Assembly: GCA_963840885.1 (NCBI GenBank)
Contig: CAWJAN010000004.1
Location: 47,984 to 111,983, forward strand
DNA length: 64,000 nucleotides
Direction: 5' to 3'
Source of the DNA: an uncultured bacterium
Lineage (GTDB): Bacteria; Patescibacteriota; Minisyncoccia; Phycocordibacterales; GWA1-40-21
Shown here: one piece after another, positions 36,765 through 46,137 of the stretch
Layout: the number at the start of each line of letters is the position of its first letter
Numbering within the stretch: the stretch's first letter is position 1
Position numbers and translations under genes: made by a program
The notes under the pieces: model-generated
The model's database searches: none
What the model was told of the DNA's origin: nothing
Seen by the model: only the letters and a program-made list of their open reading frames with translations

Positions 36765-38168
36765 CTATAAGCTGAGCGTCTGGATATCGCTTGCAAACTG
36801 TGTCGCCCTCTGTGCAACCTGATACCCATAGCTGTAGGTAGGATACATAAAATTCGTAAGGCTTGTTCCCTTCAAGTTGAGTCCTCCGTAATATTTTGCC
36901 GCCGAACAAGCCCAGATATCCCATTGTTTCGTAAAGGCGGTCTTGCATCTGGCTTGAGCATCGGCAAGATACAATCCGGTAGCTACGAAAGCGTCTTTGT
37001 TGTTGAATGGCGAAGGCAAAATAGAATTTATTACTGATGCGACTCTGTCCTTATATCCGCTCTGAGTACCGACATTCCACCAAGTGGTCGGCATGAATTG
37101 CGCTGGTCCCATAGCGCCGCCGTAAGCGCCATCGGAATAAATAGGGCAAGATACCGGAGTAGTGTTTGGATTCATGCCGAGATCTGACATTATTGCCAGA
37201 AACGAAGGTATCTGCGAAGGGCTCATGACGGTGTCAGCGCTATTTTGAGCAGCCTGGTTGTAATAGCATTTGCCGAGATTTTTTCCTATCAGGCCGTCCA
37301 CAGAAGTTTCCTGGGTGAGAATGGCAAGTATGAGAGCCGAGCTTACGCCGATTGTGCTTTCATAAGGCTGTATTACCTGCAAGGCCTGGCCGAATGTAAG
37401 CTCTTCTCCGCCGACTGTCTTGAAAAGCCTGTTGCTTATCTGGGCCTTCAATTTTTGCTTGTTGGCAATCACTTGCTGTGCAGCAGCCGCGCTCAATTTT
37501 GCCGCAGCCAGAATTTGTGTCTTTTCATTCTTTAATCCTACAAGAGTATTTTTTGTCTGTACCTGCTCATACTCAAGCTTCTGGACCTGAGCTTGTTTTG
37601 CTTCAAGATCAGCCTTTTCGGATTCAGTCGTGGTTTCTATTCCGCTCAACTGGCCCATGAGATCATCCAGCTTGCCGTTTATCGTCGCATAATTGTCTGA
37701 ATTTTTAAGAAAATCCGAAAGATTTTCACTTGATAAAAGAATTTCCAGCGGATTATCGTTCTCGAGTGCAAAGCTTTGCCTTATTATTTGCGCTATTGAT
37801 TTTTTTATAGTATCCATCTGATCATTCAGCTGACCTATATATTGCTGTTTCTGCGTTATATTGGAACCAAGCTGCTTGATCTGCGCATTCTGGGCGTTTA
37901 TCTGCAGAGTCGATTTGTTTATGCTTGCCGTCAGGCTTGATATATCTCCATTCAAAGTGGTTTGCTGCTGCTGGTTGGCATCCAAAATAGCCTGCTGCTG
38001 GTTAATTTCCACATCACATTCGTTCAATATGGACTGAAGCTCGGCATCGGTTTTTCCATCCAAATTTCCGCTATCGCAAGTCACCGCCAAAGAATTATTA
38101 GGCAGCGCAAAAGCGGTAAAAATCACAAGCATTATGAATAAAACTGCTCCTGCCGTGTATTTGGACAT
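36765..38168 (-). CDS. Secreted coiled-coil (PcsB-like) protein with C-terminal lytic transglycosylase domain
   Basis: Signal peptide, long coiled coil, ILTQET (catalytic Glu) and GGAMGPAQFMPTTW. Confidence 0.87.
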   Translation of the reverse strand: MSKYTAGAVLFIMLVIFTAFALPNNSLAVTCDSGNLDGKTDAELQSILNECDVEINQQQAILDANQQQQTTLNGDISSLTASINKSTLQINAQNAQIKQLGSNITQKQQYIGQLNDQMDTIKKSIAQIIRQSFALENDNPLEILLSSENLSDFLKNSDNYATINGKLDDLMGQLSGIETTTESEKADLEAKQAQVQKLEYEQVQTKNTLVGLKNEKTQILAAAKLSAAAAQQVIANKQKLKAQISNRLFKTVGGEELTFGQALQVIQPYESTIGVSSALILAILTQETSVDGLIGKNLGKCYYNQAAQNSADTVMSPSQIPSFLAIMSDLGMNPNTTPVSCPIYSDGAYGGAMGPAQFMPTTWWNVGTQSGYKDRVASVINSILPSPFNNKDAFVATGLYLADAQARCKTAFTKQWDIWACSAAKYYGGLNLKGTSLTNFMYPTYSYGYQVAQRATQFASDIQTLSL

Positions 38169-38207
38169 TCTTATCATTCTACAACATAATTATACGAACT
38201 TAAAGAT

Positions 38208-38240
38208 AAAAAGACGCCGGTATTCGGCCGGCGTCTTTTT
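38208..38240 (-). terminator. Terminator after rplY
   Basis: AAAAAGACGCCGG...CCGGCGTCTTTTT. Confidence 0.75.
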
Positions 38241-38244
38241 AAAA

Positions 38245-38916
38245 TTATTTCTTTTCTTCTTTCTTTGGAGCTTCAGCTGTTTCTGCTCCCGCTTCGCCTT
38301 CTTTGGCTTCTTTTCCTTTCTTGGCGACTTCTATAGCCGATAGATCAACCGTCTTTTCTTCGACGACTTCTTCTTTAGGCTCGTAAACGGAAGCGACTAT
38401 TTCAGAAGGTTTAACCATTAGCTCAACTCCTGCTGGAAGCTTTATATCACCTGCAGTTATAACGCTGTCAAAAGTAGCGAGCTTGGAAATATCTACGCTA
38501 AGATTATGGGGAAGATCCTTAGGCAAAGCTTCTATTTCAACTTCATGCATAACCTTTACAAGTATTCCTCCGAGATCCTTGACTGCGGGAGCGATTCCAA
38601 TGAATTCAAGAGAAACCTTTACTTCGATTTTTTTGTCTTTTTCCACAGCGTGGAAATCTGCATGCCTTGGATTGTCGGTAACCGGATCAAAATCGACATC
38701 GGCGATAAGAGCGTCGACATCTATGCCAGTGCCTTTCAAGTGGATTATTGTGGATTCTCCGGCTTCTTTCAAAGCTTTTTCAAAAACATTGTAAGGGAGC
38801 TGTATGGGAGTGGTTTTTTCTTTCTTGCCGTAAAAAACAGCGGGGATTTTTCCCTCTTTCCTGATTTTTGACACTTTTTCCTTCAAATCTCTTTTTTCTA
38901 CATCCAATGTAATCAT
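38245..38916 (-). CDS. rplY: 50S ribosomal protein L25 (Ctc-type long form)
   Basis: RKEGKIPAVFYG, DPVT..PRHADF, PKDLP..L.VDI. Confidence 0.96.
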   Translation of the reverse strand: MITLDVEKRDLKEKVSKIRKEGKIPAVFYGKKEKTTPIQLPYNVFEKALKEAGESTIIHLKGTGIDVDALIADVDFDPVTDNPRHADFHAVEKDKKIEVKVSLEFIGIAPAVKDLGGILVKVMHEVEIEALPKDLPHNLSVDISKLATFDSVITAGDIKLPAGVELMVKPSEIVASVYEPKEEVVEEKTVDLSAIEVAKKGKEAKEGEAGAETAEAPKKEEKK

Positions 38917-38967
38917 GGATTGGTATTATACATAAATAAAACAATTAATCAATAAGAAAACGGCTCG

Positions 38968-39102
38968 CTATTTGCGAGCCGTTTTATTGAAGCGATTTTT
39001 TGATTCCATTATCCTTGATTTGTAGAAAAAAGGACGAACCAAATTCCACAAAAAACCGAAAGCTAAAAACAATGTTAGTACGATAACAGCAAATTCTTTC
39101 AT
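38968..39102 (-). CDS. 44-aa single-TM microprotein (orphan)
   Basis: Manual translation MKEFAVIVLTLFLAFGFLWNLVRPFFYKSRIMESKNRFNKTARK*; purine-rich SD AAGGGGG; TTGACT-17-TATGGT upstream. Confidence 0.55.
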   Translation of the reverse strand: MKEFAVIVLTLFLAFGFLWNLVRPFFYKSRIMESKNRFNKTARK

Positions 39103-39200
39103 TGTTCCCCCTTCTTTTAATCAAGTTAAGATCCTTATTTACCATATAATTATAAATCCAGAAAGTCAACCTTTGGCCAGATATTAAAAAACGGGCCTTC

Positions 39201-39398
39201 TTATGGCCCGTTTTTCTTATCTTTTTGTTTTTGCACGTAATCTGCGGCATAAGCTATCTCCTGCCGGATCGCATCGACAGCCCTGTTTATGGAATTATTG
39301 ATGACCATAAGGAAACAGAATACGCCGAGACCGAGGTACAAGCTTTTACCGTACGCGCCTATGCATACGGAACACAAAACCATGAAAATAAGTCGCAC
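39201..39398 (-). CDS. Small membrane protein (orphan)
   Basis: GTG start after SD AAAGGAGGT; two hydrophobic segments. Confidence 0.68.
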   Translation of the reverse strand: MRLIFMVLCSVCIGAYGKSLYLGLGVFCFLMVINNSINRAVDAIRQEIAYAADYVQKQKDKKNGP

Positions 39399-39413
39399 GG
39401 TAAACCTCCTTTA

Positions 39414-39650
39414 TTATTTTTCTCTGACAAATTCAAATCTTGGTTTTTTCTGTCCTTCGACTTCAACTTCTTCCGTAAACATTGCTACAGGTCTTGCCCA
39501 AAATTTTGATTTTGGATTATCATACAAAGCTTCGTATAAAACTAAATCTTCCAGATTTTCGGAATTTTTTCCAACACCGATAACTCTGTACAAATTTCCT
39601 GTTTTAGAATGTTTGTAAATACCTGGTTTAATTTCCATTGAAATCTCCAT
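39414..39650 (-). CDS. DUF1653-family protein
   Basis: PGIYKH.K.GNLYRVIG...SE.LE.LV.YEALY...WARP..MF.E.V.....PRF. Confidence 0.9.
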   Translation of the reverse strand: MEISMEIKPGIYKHSKTGNLYRVIGVGKNSENLEDLVLYEALYDNPKSKFWARPVAMFTEEVEVEGQKKPRFEFVREK

Positions 39651-39691
39651 TAGTTTATGGTAGATGCTTCTAACTTATATATTACACAAAA

Positions 39692-40429
39692 CTAGAAATT
39701 TTGCATTTTCTTTATAGCCGACTTTATATCGTCGCTTCCATAAATAGCTGAGCCGGATACCAGCTTATTGGCTCCCGCTTCAACTATATCCTCAGCATCT
39801 TCAAAACTTACTCCGCCGTCCACTCCAACTATGGCTTCAGGAAAATTTTCCTTGAAATCGCTTATCTTGTCTAGAACATCGCGGTCAAAAGGCTGGCCTT
39901 GGTATCCTATCTTTTTTATTCCCATGAACTGCACGAAATCAGCAAGTGTCCTGCCGGCAGCGTTTGGCCTGAAATATTCGGCGAGCGCCTCATTCGGCGT
40001 ATCGGGATTTATGGAAACTCCTATCTCTACGTCGTAAGAAGATTCTCCGAAATATCCGTATTTGTTTCTCAGATCTTTTATGAGCTGGAAAACTCCTTTG
40101 GAAGATTCTAGATGTATGATGATCCTTTTTGCTCCGGCTTTTATCCAGTTTTCTGCCACAAATTCCGGCGCCGCCACCATGAGGTCCGCTTCGAAATCCA
40201 AAGATTCCCAGAAAGGAAATCCTTCATCCTCATTGATTATTTTTTCGAATTCCCCGCCGTCGTTTATATATGGCCAGCACTTTGACGGCACGAACTTCCC
40301 GTCGCAGACATCAATCTGCACAACGGGAACTATGCCGTTAACTTGCGTCATCTTTTCTTTAAGATCGTCGAACGATTCGGCTATTATTGCTGGAACTACT
40401 TCTACCATTTTGTTTTTACTTGAATTCAA
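39692..40429 (-). CDS. rpe: Ribulose-phosphate 3-epimerase family protein
   Basis: IDVCDGKFVP, DLMV, GYQGQPF, VDGGV, LVSGSAI. Confidence 0.9.
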   Translation of the reverse strand: MNSSKNKMVEVVPAIIAESFDDLKEKMTQVNGIVPVVQIDVCDGKFVPSKCWPYINDGGEFEKIINEDEGFPFWESLDFEADLMVAAPEFVAENWIKAGAKRIIIHLESSKGVFQLIKDLRNKYGYFGESSYDVEIGVSINPDTPNEALAEYFRPNAAGRTLADFVQFMGIKKIGYQGQPFDRDVLDKISDFKENFPEAIVGVDGGVSFEDAEDIVEAGANKLVSGSAIYGSDDIKSAIKKMQNF

Positions 40430-40940
40430 AATTATTTCTAATTTTCCTAGAAATGACTTCTATCTCCTTATTCCTTCTTTTATGCCTCTCTTCTCCAGAA
40501 AAAGGAGTGGAAAGCCATTCTTTGACGGCTTTTTTCGCCTGCTTGAGATTCATGAATCTTGCGCCTAAAGAAAGGATATTGGAATTATTGTGCTCTTTGC
40601 CGAGCTTTATGACATCGAGCTTTTTGAAAAATCCCGGCTCGCCGTAATAAACAATGGCGCGGACATTAGGATATCTGTTTGCGATAATGGCTTCGCCTTG
40701 GCCGGAGCCGCCTAAAATTATTCCTATATTGTTTTCGGGATTCTGCGCTACATGATTGGCGACTTTTGAGATATAGATCGGAAAATCATCAGTGGGAATA
40801 TATTTGTAATCGCCACAATCGACGACTTCGTATCCGAGTTTTTTTACAAATGGCACAAGGCCTTCTTTCATGGCAAATCCCGCATGGTCGGTGCCTATAT
40901 AAACTTTTGGCTTGTGGCTTCTGTATCCAAGGTGCTTCAT
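40416..40940 (-). CDS. rpiB: Ribose-5-phosphate isomerase B (RpiB/LacA/LacB)
   Basis: IGTDHAGF, GGSGQGE.I.AN, HNNSNILSLGARF, RHKRR. Confidence 0.93.
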   Translation of the reverse strand: MKHLGYRSHKPKVYIGTDHAGFAMKEGLVPFVKKLGYEVVDCGDYKYIPTDDFPIYISKVANHVAQNPENNIGIILGGSGQGEAIIANRYPNVRAIVYYGEPGFFKKLDVIKLGKEHNNSNILSLGARFMNLKQAKKAVKEWLSTPFSGEERHKRRNKEIEVISRKIRNNFEFK

Positions 40941-40956
40941 GAGAAGAATTATAACA

Positions 40957-42381
40957 CTAGCCGATAACTTCCAGTAGTACTTTTTTTATGGATTGTGGAT
41001 TAGCTGAACCTTTCGTTTCTTTCATCACTTGTCCGACTAAGAATTGCAGCGAAGCTTCCTTTCCTCCCTTATAATCGGCAGCGACCTTAGGATTTTCCGC
41101 AACAATTTTCTCAATAATAGATTTCAGAGCCCCTTCATCGCTATGCTGGATAAGTCCTTCTTTTTCTGCGACTTCTTCAGGATTGATATCTTTTTCTACA
41201 AGGCGCAGAACCATATCTTTTGCGGTTCTTGATGAAAGTTTTCCTTCCGATATCATCGTTATAATCTTGGCGAATTTCTTATCACTTGGGTATTTAAGTT
41301 CCGGATTTTTCGACATAAGCCCCACGAGATCGGAGGAGATATAGTTTGAAGCGAGCTTTACCAGATTCTTGTCATTCCCAAAATCAGCTATGACTTTTTC
41401 AAAAAAATTTCCGAGCTCTATGTTTCCGACGAAGCTTTCCGCGACGACTTCATTTATGCCGAATGTCTTTATGTATTTTTCCCTTCTCTGCCATGGCAGC
41501 TCCGGCAATTCCTCTTTCAATTTTTTCAAATCAAAAACTTCGGAAAACATCATCTTCGGCAGGTCAGGATCAGGAAAATACCTGTAATCATGCGAGCTTT
41601 CCTTTAGCCTCTGGGAAAAAGTTTTTTGTTTTGCATCGTCCCAGCCGCGCGTTTCCTGAACTATTTTCTCGCCATTCTCCAAAGCTTCAATATGCCTTTC
41701 AATCTCATATTCAATCGCTTTTTCCACCGCTTTGAAAGAATTTATGTTCTTTACCTCGACTTTTGTTCCGAGTTTTTCTTTTTCCTTGCTCACTGAGATA
41801 TTTGCTTCAACTCTCATTTCACCTTTTTCCATATTAGCGTCTCCCGCGCCTAGATATTGCAAAAGCAATTGGAGCTCTCTGGCAAAATCTCCGGCGGTCT
41901 TTGCATCATGAATGACCGGCTCGGTGACAAGCTCCATCAAGGGCAAGCCGGCGCGGTTGAAATCGACAAGAGAAAAATCTCCCTTATCATGGGACGACCT
42001 TCCCGTATCTTCTTCAAGATGGATTCTTGTCAGCTCCACTCCGTTTATGGATCCTCCGGAAACTATAGGATATTTGTACTGTGATATCTGATAGCCTTTC
42101 GGAATATCCGGGTAGAAATAATTCTTTCTGTCCCATTCGGTAAAGTCGGCTATTTTAGAACCGCAAGCAAGGCCGACTTGTATGACCTTTTTTATGGCAT
42201 CATGATTTAAAACCGGCAATGTTCCCGGCTGTGCCGTGCAGACTTCGCAGATATTGACGTTTGGACGCTTTTCATCCGGATCGTTCTTGCAGGAGCAGAA
42301 CATCTTAGTCCGAGTTTTCAGTTCGGCATGGATTTCAAGGCCTATTGTAGCTAGATATTTATTTTTCAGTTCTTCAGTCAT
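40957..42381 (-). CDS. gatB: Asp/Glu-tRNA amidotransferase subunit B
   Basis: IGLEIHAEL.T.TKMFC, DRKNYFYPD.PKGYQISQ, HLEEDTG, DYRYFPDPDLP. Confidence 0.97.
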   Translation of the reverse strand: MTEELKNKYLATIGLEIHAELKTRTKMFCSCKNDPDEKRPNVNICEVCTAQPGTLPVLNHDAIKKVIQVGLACGSKIADFTEWDRKNYFYPDIPKGYQISQYKYPIVSGGSINGVELTRIHLEEDTGRSSHDKGDFSLVDFNRAGLPLMELVTEPVIHDAKTAGDFARELQLLLQYLGAGDANMEKGEMRVEANISVSKEKEKLGTKVEVKNINSFKAVEKAIEYEIERHIEALENGEKIVQETRGWDDAKQKTFSQRLKESSHDYRYFPDPDLPKMMFSEVFDLKKLKEELPELPWQRREKYIKTFGINEVVAESFVGNIELGNFFEKVIADFGNDKNLVKLASNYISSDLVGLMSKNPELKYPSDKKFAKIITMISEGKLSSRTAKDMVLRLVEKDINPEEVAEKEGLIQHSDEGALKSIIEKIVAENPKVAADYKGGKEASLQFLVGQVMKETKGSANPQSIKKVLLEVIG

Positions 42382-42488
42382 GAAACTTAAATATAGCTTA
42401 TTTTAAGGTGTTTTTATATACTTGACAATATAATAAATTTAATATAAAAAATAAGTAGAAGTAGCTCTATTATTAAAGGAGGGATTCT

Positions 42489-42650
42489 GTGAAGAAAAAA
42501 ATATATTATGTTGCTGTCTGGATTGGCGGCGTAGCTGTAATGGTATGTGTTCATTTGCATTATTACGAAGGAGTTACAGGATTTGCGGTCCTAACTCTTT
42601 TGAATTTATCTCGTTATACAGTCGAGACGCTAAAAGAAGAAGGTTTTTAA
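42489..42650 (+). CDS. 53-aa hydrophobic microprotein (orphan)
   Basis: GTG after SD AAGGAGGG; manual translation MKKKIYYVAVWIGGVAVMVCVHLHYYEGVTGFAVLTLLNLSRYTVETLKEEGF*; TTGACA upstream; terminator 42651-42681. Confidence 0.62.
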   Translation: MKKKIYYVAVWIGGVAVMVCVHLHYYEGVTGFAVLTLLNLSRYTVETLKEEGF

Positions 42651-42679
42651 AAAGGCGGGTCGCTTGCGGCCCGCCTATT

Positions 42680-43657
42680 TTATTTTTCTTCTTTCCTCAA
42701 AACTTTTATCAGATTGTCTTTCAGCTTCTTTATCGATTTATCGTCCAAAATGGTTGCTGTCAGAATATTCTTATTTAGCTTTGAAATCTTTTTTACGGCT
42801 TTATCTAACGTCTTCTCGTCCACCATATCGGTCTTGGTAAGGATAACCACTTCCTTCTTGTCTTCAAGCTCATCGGCGTAAAGCTTCAGCTCCTGCCTGA
42901 TAATTTTGTAATCTGAAACCAAGTCCGCGCTTTCAAGCGAAAGGCAGTGGAATAAAACTTTTGTCCTTTTTATATGCTTCAGAAATTTGTGGCCCAAACC
43001 TCTTCCTTCCGAAGCTCCCTCTATAAGCCCAGGAATGTCGGCTAAAATATATCCGTGCATATCGCCGAGATACGGCTCAAGAGTCGTAAACTGATACGCG
43101 CCAATTTTCGATTTTGCATTCGTCAAAGCATTGAGAAGCGAAGATTTTCCGGCATTCGGCAGGCCGATCAGTCCCGCATCCGCCACAAGCTCAACTTCGA
43201 TATCGAAACCGGCTTCTTCCCCTTCTTTTCCGTCCGTCTGCTGCATTGGCTTTTGATTTATAGCACTTTTGAAATACTCGTTTCCGAGTCCGCCTTTTCC
43301 GCCGTTTAATATTTTTACGATTTCATTGTCGTTTTCAAGATTGAATTTTTCCCTGGTGACAAGGTTTATCGCTATCGAGCCGACTGGAATATCTATTATG
43401 AGGTCTTTTCCTTTTGCGCCGCTTTTGGACTTGTTCATTCCGTCTTGTCCGTTTTCGGCGGAAAATTCTTTGGTATTTTTATACCGGAAAAGTATTCCTA
43501 TATCGCGAACGGTGCGCAAATATACGTCTCCGCCTTTTCCGCCGTTTCCTCCGGCGGGGCCGGAAAATTCCTTGCCTTTTTCATGAAGCCAGCGCACCAC
43601 GCCATTGCCGCCTCTTCCGGCTTTTATATTTATTTTTAATTCGTCGATGAATGCCAT
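42680..43657 (-). CDS. obg: GTPase Obg (lacks C-terminal domain)
   Basis: FIDE...AGRGGNG, Gly-rich Obg fold, GLPNAGKSS, FTTLEP, DIPGLIEGA, TKTD. Confidence 0.96.
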   Translation of the reverse strand: MAFIDELKINIKAGRGGNGVVRWLHEKGKEFSGPAGGNGGKGGDVYLRTVRDIGILFRYKNTKEFSAENGQDGMNKSKSGAKGKDLIIDIPVGSIAINLVTREKFNLENDNEIVKILNGGKGGLGNEYFKSAINQKPMQQTDGKEGEEAGFDIEVELVADAGLIGLPNAGKSSLLNALTNAKSKIGAYQFTTLEPYLGDMHGYILADIPGLIEGASEGRGLGHKFLKHIKRTKVLFHCLSLESADLVSDYKIIRQELKLYADELEDKKEVVILTKTDMVDEKTLDKAVKKISKLNKNILTATILDDKSIKKLKDNLIKVLRKEEK

Positions 43658-43671
43658 GATGAATCAGAAGT

Positions 43672-44571
43672 CTAATGTTTATTACCCTTTAAAGCAAGCT
43701 GTGCAAGCGCAAGTGCCCCTTCTTTTGATTTTGCACCAGCTACAAAAAGATTCCTGTGGCAAAATATCGCATCAGGAACACCGGTAATTTTTGCAAGATC
43801 CTTGCCAGTCTTTGCCGCCCAAGATTTAGGCATGTCCATCCTATTTTTGAATTTCGAACCAGGTTTTCTCAGAGCTTTTAAGCCCCACGCTCCGTTTGGC
43901 CTTGGGCTTACGACAAAAAGCGGCTCCTTATATTTGTCGAGAACATGCTTCCAGGAATAATCCTCATTGAACACTATTATTCTTTTGTCTTTTGTTTTTT
44001 TGTAAATTTCCACTACTTTCTTGTCGCTTGAAATGCTCCCTTTTATCCTTTCCACTTCCCTTTTGAGCATCTTTGCGCATTCTTTTGCGGCTTTCTTGAA
44101 AGCAGAAAGCGAACTGACATTCTTTTCTATCCTTGTGGGATTGAAAGCGTATATGTAGTCGAAAAAAGAAAACGGCTTTACATGCTGGATGACTTCTTTA
44201 TATATCTCTATTCCGTTGTCCTCGGCATCGAGCGGCTGGATTATTTTATAATCTATTATTTTCCAGACTTCTTCAGAACCGGCAATTTTCATTCCATAAT
44301 ATTTCCAAGCCAGTCCTGCGGAAGAATAAACCACTCCGTTCTTTCTCTTCAGCTTGAAGCTCGCCTGATGATGGTCAAACTTGTGTTTTTTAGGATTAAA
44401 TTCCCCTCCCACATCAAAAATATAATCTGCTTTCGCCCAGTCTTTCGGCTTTCTGGAACGGATTATGTGAATAGGCTTTTTCAAATACAGTGACATTATG
44501 GCTATAGCCATTACATCATCAGGATGGAATGCGTCGCTATGTGTCACAACTATCGGCTTATTTGGAGACAT
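43672..44571 (-). CDS. MYG1-family (DHH-like) hydrolase/exonuclease
   Basis: THSDAFHPDDV, DVGG.F....FDHHQ, SSAGL.W, IFCH..LF. Confidence 0.92.
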   Translation of the reverse strand: MSPNKPIVVTHSDAFHPDDVMAIAIMSLYLKKPIHIIRSRKPKDWAKADYIFDVGGEFNPKKHKFDHHQASFKLKRKNGVVYSSAGLAWKYYGMKIAGSEEVWKIIDYKIIQPLDAEDNGIEIYKEVIQHVKPFSFFDYIYAFNPTRIEKNVSSLSAFKKAAKECAKMLKREVERIKGSISSDKKVVEIYKKTKDKRIIVFNEDYSWKHVLDKYKEPLFVVSPRPNGAWGLKALRKPGSKFKNRMDMPKSWAAKTGKDLAKITGVPDAIFCHRNLFVAGAKSKEGALALAQLALKGNKH

Positions 44572-44662
44572 CTTCGTTTGAATTATCGGCTAATTATACA
44601 CAAAATCCGGTTTTTATAAAGTTTTTAGACTTAATAAAAAACGGAATGGCATTCTATTATTT

Positions 44663-45700
44663 CTATTTCAAATATTCCTTAATATTCTGTTCATGTTCTG
44701 CATATGTATCGGCACAGTGGATCTGCCCGCTAGAGTCGTGCAGATAATACAGGCACGATGTCGTCGCTGGATTTAGGACTGCATCAATAGCATCAAGGCC
44801 TGGGTCGCAGATAGGGCTTGGTGGAAGACCTTTGTTCAAATAAGTGTTATATGGCGACGTTATGCTTGTATCTACAGCTTTTATAGGTGCCCACCAGCTT
44901 CCATCGCTCGAATAATTCGGCAACTGAGTTCCAGTCGGTGCTTCGCCGTAATGAGTTATATCGTCATCTATATATTGAATGGTCGAATCGATATCGAGCT
45001 CCATTCCGGCAGATAGTCTATTCCATATTATGCCGGCAATGAGCGGCATATCGCCGGTTCCCGCCGCTTCGCGCTGCACGATCGAAGCAATTTTTAGCGC
45101 CGTCGTCCACTTTATGTTTGCTGAAGCGAATTTTTCGGTATATAGCTGGAATTTTCCATTGAACTCATTTATGAATATCTGCGCCACCTGAGCCGGAGTA
45201 TCATTCACCGGAATAAGATAAGAATCCGGAAAATAAACTCCTTCCATATAATCACTCTCTGTATCTGTATCTTTCGTAATCCATTCGGTTTTTTCCGCAT
45301 CGCTCCAGCCAAGATTTTCCGCAAGAATTTCAGCGATCTGCTCCTTGCGCAATCCCTCAGGAATAACGATCCATTTCATATACGGGCTTTTGAGCGCATC
45401 CGCAACTTGCCAAGCAGTCATGCTCTTTGAAATTTTATAGGAACCCGGCGCTACCGAAGATTTTTTCAGCGCATACTCGAAGCCCCATTCGCTTTTTATA
45501 AATCCTTGATCATGCAGGCTTTGTATCGCATCTTGCTCGGATTCGTTCAGCCCGACGACGAAATTTTCAGCTGCCGCATTTTTCGCCGGAGCCCCGAAAA
45601 CGGCTTCATAGCCGAAAAAACAGCCGGAAACGAAAAAAATAAAAATTGCTGCGGCAACCGCAATTATTTTATGCGATATTCCTGTTCTTATTTGTTCCAT
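44663..45700 (-). CDS. mltG: Endolytic transglycosylase MltG (YceG-like)
   Basis: TM anchor, IPEG, EGVYFPDSY, IASIVQRE, SPYNTY...GLPPSPI..PG. Confidence 0.93.
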   Translation of the reverse strand: MEQIRTGISHKIIAVAAAIFIFFVSGCFFGYEAVFGAPAKNAAAENFVVGLNESEQDAIQSLHDQGFIKSEWGFEYALKKSSVAPGSYKISKSMTAWQVADALKSPYMKWIVIPEGLRKEQIAEILAENLGWSDAEKTEWITKDTDTESDYMEGVYFPDSYLIPVNDTPAQVAQIFINEFNGKFQLYTEKFASANIKWTTALKIASIVQREAAGTGDMPLIAGIIWNRLSAGMELDIDSTIQYIDDDITHYGEAPTGTQLPNYSSDGSWWAPIKAVDTSITSPYNTYLNKGLPPSPICDPGLDAIDAVLNPATTSCLYYLHDSSGQIHCADTYAEHEQNIKEYLK

Positions 45701-45710
45701 ATTATATTGG

Positions 45711-46133
45711 TTAGCCGTTTATTTTTAAGGAATTTTTCAACGAGGTATGTATTGCGGCACCGATTATTCCAAAAATCGCCGCCATAGCAAATAATGTTAC
45801 CAATGAATTCAATCTTATTAAATCAGAAATCCTGTTTGTTATATCGAATTTGGTCCAAGTCAAAAAACCGAATAGGTGGCCAAACGTTAAGGAATACAGC
45901 CATATGAGCGAAAACTGCCTCAAAAATGCGCGGTATAAAGAAATGGCTACAGAAACTGCGACAAAATACCAAAGAAATGGCAGAAGCCATCCAAAATTGC
46001 CGAGGACATTCCATAGCCAAACGACGATCTTATTGCCCTCAGCTCCGCCCAAAGCGATGCCAGCTGCGGTCACGTATGAATCGGCAGACAGAAAAACCGC
46101 GAATAATGCCGACGGTATGATAAGCTCCCGCAT
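45711..46133 (-). CDS. Hypothetical integral membrane protein (DUF5658-like)
   Basis: About 4 TM segments; D..T...G..E.N pattern; start 4 nt after the secA stop. Confidence 0.65.
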   Translation of the reverse strand: MRELIIPSALFAVFLSADSYVTAAGIALGGAEGNKIVVWLWNVLGNFGWLLPFLWYFVAVSVAISLYRAFLRQFSLIWLYSLTFGHLFGFLTWTKFDITNRISDLIRLNSLVTLFAMAAIFGIIGAAIHTSLKNSLKING

Positions 46134-46137
46134 TCTA

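Noticed and set aside
38984-39250. 88-aa minus-strand ORF from the track
   Set aside because: It spans a promoter and another gene's end. A different frame (38968-39102) has an SD and a TM helix.
42545-42778. 77-aa plus-strand ORF from the track
   Set aside because: It runs through a terminator into obg. The SD-led frame 42489-42650 is preferred.
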